From Bdellovibrionales bacterium (lineage in GTDB: Bacteria > Bdellovibrionota > Bdellovibrionia > Bdellovibrionales > UBA1609), in NCBI GenBank assembly GCA_963692945.1, contig OY843585.1, forward strand, positions 660,001 through 692,000: DNA of 32,000 bases, read 5' to 3'. Shown here piece by piece: positions 23,915 to 31,387 of this stretch. The first letter of the stretch is position 1. Each line of letters starts with the position of its first letter. The translations under genes were made by a program, and so were the position numbers. Under the pieces are notes generated by a model. It did not search any database. It was not told the origin of the DNA and saw only the letters and a program-made list of their open reading frames with translations.

Positions 23915-24603
23915 GCCGATTTTTTTATAGGCTGAGCCTTAGGAATAAAAAAAGAAATGGTTGTTTCTTTTTTATCTTTGTTTGAGTGAATGCTGAGAGA
24001 ACCACTGTGACTTTCAATAATCATTTTTGAAATTGTAAGACCAAATCCTGTATCTTTTAGAAAAAAAAGATTTTCTTTATTTGATTTAGAAAATAGATTT
24101 TTAATATTATTTTCAATTTCTCCTTGATTTGTAATGAAACATTCAAATCCTTCTTCTTTTAATTTGTAATCTATTAAGACAGTTGAGTTTTTAGGAGAGA
24201 ACTTAATAGCATTAGACAATAAGTTTTCTAAAGCTTGAGCAAGCCAAGTTGGATCTATAAAAGATTCAAACTCCAAGTCAGAAAGCACTTTTAAAGTGAT
24301 ATTTTTTTCTAGAGTAAGCAGTTGAAAGTTTTTTAAAACTTTTAAAATGATTTTATTCCAAGGGTGCCATTCAAGGTTTATAAGATCTTTCTTCTCTTTA
24401 ATTATTTGTAAATCCAGATGGTTGCAAATAAAATTAGTCATGTGATTGATTTCATCTTGCATTAAGGCGATGAGTTCTTTATCTTTTTTTGATTTACAAT
24501 TTTTTTCTAAGAGATGTATAGCTAGTTTTAAAGAGCTTAAGGGTGTTTTTAATTCATGACTAAAAAGAGTTATAGGTTCAATTTTTAGTTTTTTATTTTT
24601 CAT
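23911..24603 (-). CDS. Minimal histidine kinase core (DHp + HATPase_c only); no sensor, TM or adjacent response regulator
   Basis: H-box FSHELKTPLSSL starts at residue 14. N-box is LLSNAIKFSP and G2-like box is KDTGFGLTISK. Only 230 aa. Confidence 0.8.
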   Translation of the reverse strand: MKNKKLKIEPITLFSHELKTPLSSLKLAIHLLEKNCKSKKDKELIALMQDEINHMTNFICNHLDLQIIKEKKDLINLEWHPWNKIILKVLKNFQLLTLEKNITLKVLSDLEFESFIDPTWLAQALENLLSNAIKFSPKNSTVLIDYKLKEEGFECFITNQGEIENNIKNLFSKSNKENLFFLKDTGFGLTISKMIIESHSGSLSIHSNKDKKETTISFFIPKAQPIKKSA

Positions 24604-24684
24604 TGATTAGATTCCCTCTAAATTTTATCGGAAAAAAGAGATAAAAACTAAAGTTAATTCTTTTTTTTAGATAAAAGTCTTGGT

Positions 24685-24878
24685 ACAAAACTCTAATGTG
24701 TGAACTTTTATTTTCTGAAAACCACTTTGCGAAAAACAGAAGTTTTTCTCTAGTTCAAACATAAGCCTGTTAAGTAACTCTTATTTTAACGAGATTTGAA
24801 GAGTGTCCCCTTTTACGATGAAAAGCTCGTTAAAATAAGAATGAGAAAAATATCTAAGTAACTGAACTAGAGTTTTGT
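24685..24878. repeat. Palindromic repeat element copy R3 (194 bp) with 11-bp perfect terminal inverted repeats and a variant-stem core hairpin
   Basis: ACAAAACTCTA (24685-24695) and TAGAGTTTTGT (24868-24878). The hairpin is TCTTATTTTAACGAG (24779-24793) / CTCGTTAAAATAAGA (24826-24840) around the identical 32-nt loop. The left part is an inverted copy of the R1/R2 right arm (TGTGTGAACTTTTATTTT). Confidence 0.9.
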
Positions 24879-25187
24879 CATAAACTCAGAGAGAGATTTT
24901 TCTAAATCTCCTGATTCAAATTGTTCTTGAATGATATCACAGCCACCTAGAAGTTCTTTTTTGACGTACAACTGAGGGATGGTTGGCCAAGCTCCATATT
25001 CTTTAATGCCTTGGCGAATAGGTTCATCACTTAAAACATCAAAAAAGTCGTATTTGACTTTGAGGAAATTTAAAATTTGCACAACCCGAGCCGAGAAACC
25101 ACATTGAGGTTGCTCAGGCGTTCCTTTCATAAAAAGCATAACGGAATTTTTAGAAACAAGATTTTCAATTTTCGCTTTTGCATCCAT
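24867..25187 (-). CDS. grxD: Monothiol glutaredoxin (Grx4/GrxD type)
   Basis: CGFS active-site motif (PQCGFSARV), WPTIPQLYV and GGCDI motifs, about 106 aa. Its TAG stop (24869..24867) lies at the R3 terminus. Confidence 0.9.
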   Translation of the reverse strand: MDAKAKIENLVSKNSVMLFMKGTPEQPQCGFSARVVQILNFLKVKYDFFDVLSDEPIRQGIKEYGAWPTIPQLYVKKELLGGCDIIQEQFESGDLEKSLSEFMTKL

Positions 25188-25288
25188 AGATGAGGATTAT
25201 AGATATTTTTTTTGAAAAGTAAATAGAAAAATAAAAATCTTAATTTAAGAGGCTTGACAGTTGCTTTGAGGAAGTTCAAGGTCATTGT

Positions 25289-25570
25289 ATGAAAGATTTA
25301 TTTGTGTCTGCCAGTTCGGAGCATATAAAAAAAGAGAGGGAGAAAGCTAGGAAATTAAAAAAGACTTTCTGGTGGTCTGAAAAGATTAAAAGAGGAGTTT
25401 GCTATCATTGTGGACAGAAATTTTCATCTAAAGATTTAACAATGGACCATCAAGTTCCTTTGGCCCGAGGGGGTAAAACAGGAAAAAACAATGTGGTTGT
25501 TTCTTGTAAAGACTGCAATAGCAAAAAGTCTTATAAAACTTTAGTCGGGTTAAAATTGAAAAACCCTTAA
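25289..25570 (+). CDS. Small stand-alone HNH endonuclease
   Basis: CYHCGQK...DHQVPLARGG...NNVVVSCKDCNSKK is a CxxC...DH...N...CxxC HNH zinc-finger nuclease pattern. 93 aa. Confidence 0.8.
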   Translation: MKDLFVSASSEHIKKEREKARKLKKTFWWSEKIKRGVCYHCGQKFSSKDLTMDHQVPLARGGKTGKNNVVVSCKDCNSKKSYKTLVGLKLKNP

Positions 25571-25647
25571 AAACTCTGAAAAAGTTTAAAAGTTATTTAA
25601 TATGAAGAAAAGTATTCAACTTCTTAGAGAGAGCAAAAGGTTATTAA

Positions 25648-27576
25648 ATGTCAAAAATTACAAAAAGCAGTACAGCTGAATATTTTGCTAAAAATTTACA
25701 GCAAGTTGGGTTTTCTTCTCCTACAAAAGCCGTGTTAACAACTTTAAAGGAGTCTGTAGATAATTCTTTAGATGCTTGTGAAGAGGCTGGGATTCTTCCT
25801 AACATAAAAATAAAAATAAAAAAAGAAGGGTTGGGTTCTTCACGAAATACAGATTTGGTCTCTGTAGAGGTGGAAGATAATGGCCCTGGTTTGGATGAAA
25901 AAGATATTCCTAAGGTTTTTGGAGAATATTTAGCTTCTTCTAAGTTTGGTCGTGGGAGGTGTTCAAGAGGACAGCAAGGAATTGGTATTTCTGCGGCTAC
26001 AACTTGGGCTCAACTAACAAATGCAAAGGGAGCCCGAGTTACTAGTAAAACAAAAAAAATGTCTAAAGCTCTTTCTGTTCTTGTAGATATGGATATCAAA
26101 AACAACAGAGGTTTGTTAAAAAATAAGAAAATCGTTTCTTTTGATAAAAAGCATGGTTTAAAAGTAGAATTTTTTATTGATGGTCGTGTTCAACTCAATG
26201 GAGAGGGTGGTTTAATCACTTATTTAGAAGGAACGGCTCTTGTGAATCCTCATTTAGAGTTAGAGTATGATTTAATAGGTCAAAAAAAACGTAAAATTCA
26301 AAGAGTAAGTAACAATGTTCCTATTATTCCTCCAGCCGCTTTACCTCATCCTCATACAATGAAATTAGGGGAGTTTCTTCATCATGCTGGTCTTTATGGA
26401 AAAACAACTTTGAAAAAGTTTTTACAAACAGGGTTTTCTAGAATAACAAATGCTACTTTTTTAGAAATGCAAAAGCTAGGTTTGAAATCTTCTTTATTTA
26501 ATAAACCTTTAGTTACTATTGATCAAAAAGATTATAAGGAAATATTTAAGGTTTTGCATAAAGTGACTTTAGCCAACCCTTCAACGCGTTCTGTTTTGAT
26601 TGTGGGTGAAGAAGGTTTAACAGAAAGCATTCATCGTTTAGGGGACATTGATTTTTTTAGTGTCATCACAAGAAAACCTAAAATTTGTGACCATAAATCC
26701 GTTGTGGTAGAGGTGGCTATTGCTCGTTTAAAAACAAAAAGTAGAGATGAAGAATCTTCTATTCAGTTATTGAGGTTTGCTAATAGAGTTCCTCTTCAAT
26801 TTGATAAAGCCTCTTGTGCTATTACAAAATCCGTTGAATCTGTGAATTGGAAAACTTATGGTCTCAGTCAATCTAAAAAATCTTTGCCATTAGGTCCTTA
26901 TGTTTTTGCTGTTGCTGTGACTTCTCCTTTTATTAAATTTAAAAATGCTTCCAAAGAAACCATTGATGCCAGCGAAGAATTGGTTGAAGAGATTCGGTTA
27001 ACTCTTATGAAAGCAGGGCAAAAACTGCAGCGTCATATTAAAAAAGAACAGCACACAGAAGATTTAATTAGAAAAAAAGAATATATAGAAAAGTTTGCTC
27101 CCATATTGATTCGTAAATTAAAAGATATAACTTCTATTTCTGAAAAAGAAGTGAAGCTTGCTGAAAAGGGTCTTTATAAAATTCTTTCTAAAGGAGCAGA
27201 AGCGGCTGAACAAGCTTTAAGTGAAGCGGAAAAAAAATTAGAAGAAATGAAAGCCAAACGAATTAGAAGAAAGAATTTTGTAAGTATGGATGAAGGGTTA
27301 AAAGAATCTCCTAAAAATAAAAAAGAGAATCAAATTTCTTTGCTTGAGGAATCTCTTTTAGAAAGTCCAGAAACATCACAATCTAAAAAAACGAACAAAA
27401 AACCTGTGACTCAAAAAACTCCAGGAAAGAAATCTCATCAAAAAGTAAAAGATAAAAAAAGAGCGAAAAAGAAATCAAGTAAAAAACCAATCAATAAACA
27501 AGCCATGAAGAAATCAAAGAAGTCTAAAGGTCATAAAAAACAGAAAACAAAACTTAAGAAGAAATCAAGGAGATAG
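25648..27576 (+). CDS. top6B: DNA topoisomerase VI subunit B (GHKL ATPase) with a lysine-rich C-terminal tail
   Basis: Bergerat-fold motifs are ESVDNSLDA (N-box), VEDNGPGL (G1) and SRGQQGIGISAA (hallmark Top6B G2). The transducer-length body is followed by a 66-aa tail that is more than 40% Lys. Confidence 0.9.
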   Translation: MSKITKSSTAEYFAKNLQQVGFSSPTKAVLTTLKESVDNSLDACEEAGILPNIKIKIKKEGLGSSRNTDLVSVEVEDNGPGLDEKDIPKVFGEYLASSKFGRGRCSRGQQGIGISAATTWAQLTNAKGARVTSKTKKMSKALSVLVDMDIKNNRGLLKNKKIVSFDKKHGLKVEFFIDGRVQLNGEGGLITYLEGTALVNPHLELEYDLIGQKKRKIQRVSNNVPIIPPAALPHPHTMKLGEFLHHAGLYGKTTLKKFLQTGFSRITNATFLEMQKLGLKSSLFNKPLVTIDQKDYKEIFKVLHKVTLANPSTRSVLIVGEEGLTESIHRLGDIDFFSVITRKPKICDHKSVVVEVAIARLKTKSRDEESSIQLLRFANRVPLQFDKASCAITKSVESVNWKTYGLSQSKKSLPLGPYVFAVAVTSPFIKFKNASKETIDASEELVEEIRLTLMKAGQKLQRHIKKEQHTEDLIRKKEYIEKFAPILIRKLKDITSISEKEVKLAEKGLYKILSKGAEAAEQALSEAEKKLEEMKAKRIRRKNFVSMDEGLKESPKNKKENQISLLEESLLESPETSQSKKTNKKPVTQKTPGKKSHQKVKDKKRAKKKSSKKPINKQAMKKSKKSKGHKKQKTKLKKKSRR

Positions 27577-27581
27577 CACAA

Positions 27582-28808
27582 ATGGCAAAGAAAAAAGTTT
27601 CTAAAAAAATATCTAAAAAAACTTCTATAAAAAGTCATTTTGCTAAAAAATCCTTTTTGAAAAGTCGTCCTGTAAAAGATATTCCAAAAAATGTTAAAGA
27701 ACTTTGTTTGGGGATGTTGAATTCTCTTAAAAAACAAAAACCTCCTGTTTTACAAGCTGTGAAATGTTCTTTAGATAATTCGGATTACAATCCTAAAGTG
27801 GGTTATTTGGTGTCTAAGGGTAAAAAAGTTTCTTCGGAATTAAATGTTTCTTCTGTTCAAAAAATTTCAAGAAGTGTTTTTCTGATGGATATTCTTTTAG
27901 GGAATTTGAGTTCAGGGGCTGTGAACACAAAAAGAGAAATTTACTATATTGCGAAAGGTCTTATCAAAGGAGATAAGTTTTATAAGCCTCTTGATTTTGA
28001 TAGCCAAAATGAAAGTGATTCCACTATTGATTTTATTTGCGATATGTTTGAGGTTTACCGTGAAGAGATGAATTGTTTTGCCAATGATAGAGGAGGGCAA
28101 ACTTATTCTAAAAATTTAGTTGTGACCGAGCGTTTAGATGATGGGACAAAAGCTGTTGTAGATTTAAGTTCACTTGGAACAACTCCATTTCAACCTAAAA
28201 ATAAACCTCAGCAATTTCAATTAAAGTCAAAAAAAGGGAAGATTGATTATTGTCTTGTTGTGGAATCAGAGGGTACGGCAAACACTTTGGTTAGTAATGG
28301 AATGACTAAAAGACATAATTGTATTGTGATAGGTGCTCAAGGTGTTCCAAGTAATGGAGTGCGTGGTTGGTGTAAAACCATACAAGATCAGTTGAATATT
28401 CCTATTTATTTTTATGGTGATTTAGATGCTTACACTTTGCAAAATATTTTTAGAACTTTAAAAGCAGGTTCTGCAGCTAGTTTGATTCGTAATGCAGATT
28501 TTAGTGCTCCTCAAGTTCGTTTTTTAGGATTGCTTCCCGAAGATGTAAAAAATTATGATCTTTATTGTTATGAAGTGTCAGATAAAGATGCTTCCGAAAT
28601 GCGATCTCTTAAAAAAGCGAGAGATGTTTTATCTAACGATCCCTTCTTTAAAGATAAAAAGAATAAAGATTTAGCCAGTATTTTAAAATGGTTAATCAAA
28701 GAAAAACGTCGTTGTGAACAACAGTCTGTTTTTTCAACAAACCCTAAAAACCCGAGAGTGCTTGAAGAGTTTTTAGTCAAAAAAATTAAAACAGGCTCTT
28801 ATATTTAG
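27582..28808 (+). CDS. top6A: DNA topoisomerase VI subunit A (Spo11 homologue)
   Basis: CAP-domain catalytic Tyr context REIYYIAKG. Toprim acidic motifs VVESEG and YGDLDAYT. AAGGAG SD inside the end of top6B and a 5-nt intergenic gap. Lys-rich N-terminus. Confidence 0.9.
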   Translation: MAKKKVSKKISKKTSIKSHFAKKSFLKSRPVKDIPKNVKELCLGMLNSLKKQKPPVLQAVKCSLDNSDYNPKVGYLVSKGKKVSSELNVSSVQKISRSVFLMDILLGNLSSGAVNTKREIYYIAKGLIKGDKFYKPLDFDSQNESDSTIDFICDMFEVYREEMNCFANDRGGQTYSKNLVVTERLDDGTKAVVDLSSLGTTPFQPKNKPQQFQLKSKKGKIDYCLVVESEGTANTLVSNGMTKRHNCIVIGAQGVPSNGVRGWCKTIQDQLNIPIYFYGDLDAYTLQNIFRTLKAGSAASLIRNADFSAPQVRFLGLLPEDVKNYDLYCYEVSDKDASEMRSLKKARDVLSNDPFFKDKKNKDLASILKWLIKEKRRCEQQSVFSTNPKNPRVLEEFLVKKIKTGSYI

Positions 28809-28894
28809 TAGTTGTTTATAAAATTATAATAGAAAAGAGTTTTTCTAAAAAATAAAACTTTATTCTTTTCGTTGTGTAATCCGATAAGATAGGT

Positions 28895-29605
28895 ATGAAA
28901 TATTTCTTTTTATTATCTTTTCTTTTTTTAACTTCTTGTGCAAATTTAAATCAAAAAACGGCATGCTTTAATACAACCAGAACAGTCGCATCTTCTAAAT
29001 TTTCTACTTGTAAACATGTATTTCTTTCTGTAAATCTTCCTGCAACCAAAGTAAAGAATGCCAATTTATTAGAACTTTTTAAGCTAACAAAAGATTCTGT
29101 TAAAGATAAAGTTATTTTAGAACTTAATCCTGGTTCTAGTGATTTTATCAGTTATCTTATTGATTCTATGGGAGCATCAAAAAAATCTATGAGTATTGAT
29201 TATCATCCAAGTCCTTCACCAAATCAGTTGCACCTTGAAGGAAACATTAAAAAAATCACACTAAAAACAATAAGAGATTTCTATAAAGACCCTGATTTTA
29301 AAGGGTTTGATTTAATCATTAGTTCAGGTTGGCTTGGCTATATGACTCTTGGACTTTTTGATTTAATTGCAGGTAAAATATTGAAAAACGCCTATTCTTT
29401 ATTAAGTAAAAATGGACAGATCATTTTTTCCGTTCCATCTTATAGTAAAGGAGTTGCTTTCAGGACACTTGAAACAATGAAGTCAAAAAAAGAAATCAAA
29501 GATTTTTATTCCTATGACAGTCCTACCTCTGTAGATAGAAGTGATTCATATAGTGTTTTATTCTCAAAAATAATGACAGAGTATACATTCATAATTAAAA
29601 AATAA
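28895..29605 (+). CDS. Lipoprotein with class I SAM-methyltransferase-like motif order but a degenerate glycine-rich motif I
   Basis: Lipobox LTSC (MKYFFLLSFLFLTSC). Motifs are VILELNPGSSDF (motif I position), FDLIISSGWLGYM (motif II-like) and LLSKNGQIIFSVP (motif III-like). Confidence 0.55.
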   Translation: MKYFFLLSFLFLTSCANLNQKTACFNTTRTVASSKFSTCKHVFLSVNLPATKVKNANLLELFKLTKDSVKDKVILELNPGSSDFISYLIDSMGASKKSMSIDYHPSPSPNQLHLEGNIKKITLKTIRDFYKDPDFKGFDLIISSGWLGYMTLGLFDLIAGKILKNAYSLLSKNGQIIFSVPSYSKGVAFRTLETMKSKKEIKDFYSYDSPTSVDRSDSYSVLFSKIMTEYTFIIKK

Positions 29606-29643
29606 AATAGAAATCAATGATTGTTTGATTTTGTAATGGCTAT

Positions 29644-30234
29644 CTAAAACATAAAGTTTAGGAAGACAGTTCCAGAGTGAGACCAAGTTCCACAAATTTT
29701 TGCATCTCCATCTATAAATAGAGATTGATACTCAAAGTTGATGCTTAAAAAGGGTATGGATAAATAACTCAATCCTAACTTTCCACCACCAGACCGATTA
29801 CAACTCAGAGGTGTTTTAGAATTGTCTTTATTGGTTGCAGAAACCCGAGCAAAAGGTTTAGGTATTATAACTCCATAAACGCGAAATAAAAGAGGTAGGT
29901 TGTAAGAAGCAAAAACACCAGCTGTCATAGGAGTTAAAGTTTCAGAACCTGTTATAGATTTCCATTTTCCCATTGATAAATCTACACCCACAGCTAGACC
30001 AATGGATCTATAGCCTAACCTTATACCTCCAACGATGTTTGAGTATTTTTTTCCATCTATGACATAACTTAAAGAACTTCCAATTTTGCCGATTGTTTCT
30101 TTGGCATTTATTTTTTCTGGTAAAAGCTTATCACTAATAATAGTGTATCCATAACCTGCATAAGGTTCTATATGTATCTTTGCTAGAGACGGAAGACTTG
30201 CTGTCAAAAGAAAAAGAATTAGAAAATATTTCAT
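29644..30234 (-). CDS. Small outer-membrane beta-barrel protein
   Basis: MKYFLILFLLTASLPSLA signal peptide, alternating-strand pattern with G/Y-rich turns (PYAGYGYT, GIRLGYRSIGLAVGVDL), C-terminal FLNFMF. Confidence 0.6.
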   Translation of the reverse strand: MKYFLILFLLTASLPSLAKIHIEPYAGYGYTIISDKLLPEKINAKETIGKIGSSLSYVIDGKKYSNIVGGIRLGYRSIGLAVGVDLSMGKWKSITGSETLTPMTAGVFASYNLPLLFRVYGVIIPKPFARVSATNKDNSKTPLSCNRSGGGKLGLSYLSIPFLSINFEYQSLFIDGDAKICGTWSHSGTVFLNFMF

Positions 30235-30288
30235 TATCTTACTTATACCAGTTAAATATTAGATGGATTCATTGATATAGTCAATAGT

Positions 30289-31197
30289 TTATGTAGATGT
30301 AGATGTAAAGGTGCTTTTACAAGTCTTAGTTTTTCCATTTGTTGACTTTTCATACTTCGTTTCTAGAATCGATTTTCTTTTTGATAAGTTTTCTAATTGT
30401 TTTGTTCTGATTGTTTCAGCTATTTTTTTAAAAAAGACTCTTTTTGCAGGTAGATAAAGAGCAGCCATTGCTAATACACTAGAAACTAAGGTATGAATAT
30501 CACTTTCTATTCCTATTGTTGATACAGTATATGCACCAATAGCAGATGCAGCCGCTACAGAAGCCCATAATGATTTTTTTGATGTAGGAAATTTTTGATC
30601 TACAGTATTGTCAAAATGTTTGTGTCGAATGAATCCTATCTTTTTTTCAAGATCTAGAAGTTGTTTTAAGATCTTATAGTTTTTTACAGATGTAACTTTT
30701 TTAATTTTAGATATATTTTCTTTATTTAGATGCGAAATACTTTTTAGATAATATTGCTCTGTTGAGAGTCTCTCCTTTTTATTCTTTAGATCTATTTCTA
30801 ATTGAGGTTTGAAATCATGAAAACTTAGACCTAATAAACCTACACCAGAACTAATGGCCAATATGGCTAAATTATCATGGCTAGTTATTAACATCAAAGT
30901 GCTTCCTGCAATAGTTATAAGACCGGCTTGTATTCCATAAAGATTTATAGACTTAAAAAAGAAATCTTTAGAGTTGGGCTTTTCTACGTCCTGAAGACTT
31001 ATTGCAACTTTTCTCATGGCTAAATGTAACTTCCTCTTATCCTTTTTATATTGCTCTTCCTCTAAAGCGAAAAGATCTTTTAGAGGGAGTCCTTCTATTT
31101 CTGAATGTACATTTGTATAGGCAAGATAGTGGTAGTAATCTATAGCATAAACAGATGGGGATAAACTTACACAAATAAAGAGAAAGAAAACTCTCAT
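30289..31197 (-). CDS. Hypothetical membrane protein (signal peptide plus about 4 hydrophobic helices)
   Basis: MRVFFLFICVSLSPSVYA, then hydrophobic segments (GIQAGLITIAGSTLMLI, LAILAISSGVGLLGL, LWASVAAASAIGAYTV, LVSSVLAMAALYL). No family recognised. Confidence 0.5.
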   Translation of the reverse strand: MRVFFLFICVSLSPSVYAIDYYHYLAYTNVHSEIEGLPLKDLFALEEEQYKKDKRKLHLAMRKVAISLQDVEKPNSKDFFFKSINLYGIQAGLITIAGSTLMLITSHDNLAILAISSGVGLLGLSFHDFKPQLEIDLKNKKERLSTEQYYLKSISHLNKENISKIKKVTSVKNYKILKQLLDLEKKIGFIRHKHFDNTVDQKFPTSKKSLWASVAAASAIGAYTVSTIGIESDIHTLVSSVLAMAALYLPAKRVFFKKIAETIRTKQLENLSKRKSILETKYEKSTNGKTKTCKSTFTSTST

Positions 31198-31352
31198 ATC
31201 AAAAGGTTAGAAATTTTAAATAAAAATGTCAATGCTTTATTTGTGTCCTTTTTTTGTGTTTTATATTTCTGTCTCCATGCTATTTAGAAAAAGAAAATTC
31301 CATTTTAAAAAAATTATTAGAGAGGCTACAAATTTTTTTTAAGAAACATATT

Positions 31353-31381
31353 TTGACTCCTGATTCTTTTTTATTTAGAAT
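31353..31381 (+). promoter_or_regulatory. Candidate sigma70-type promoter (TTGACT-17 nt-TAGAAT) placed to give a leaderless or near-leaderless aconitase mRNA
   Basis: TTGACT at 31353-31358 and TAGAAT at 31376-31381. The ATG at 31388 is only 7 nt after the -10, and there is no SD. Confidence 0.4.
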
Positions 31382-31387
31382 GACACA

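Noticed and set aside
27531-28780. Antisense ORFs in the top6B tail and top6A (27531-27737, 27912-28100, 28568-28780)
   Set aside because: The first is a product of the poly-Lys (AAR) coding run read on the opposite strand. The others are nested shadow ORFs.
25648-28808. GHKL ATPase plus Toprim pair as a defence module (Wadjet JetD-like or OLD/PARIS-like), possibly with the HNH gene
   Set aside because: Both proteins carry the specific Topo VI hallmarks (SRGQQGIGIS, transducer-length B subunit, CAP-domain REIYY Tyr plus Toprim in A) at canonical sizes. A bona fide Topo VI is the simpler reading.
29606-29643. AAATCAA-N7-TTGATTT hairpin between convergent genes as a bidirectional terminator
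   Set aside because: The stem is only 7 bp and all A/T, with no adjoining T-tract. It is too weak to call.
30271-30285. ATTGA-TATAG-TCAAT palindrome upstream of the small OMP gene (FNR-like?)
   Set aside because: There are only 5-bp arms in AT-rich DNA, the spacing differs from TTGAT-N4-ATCAA, and a chance occurrence is likely.
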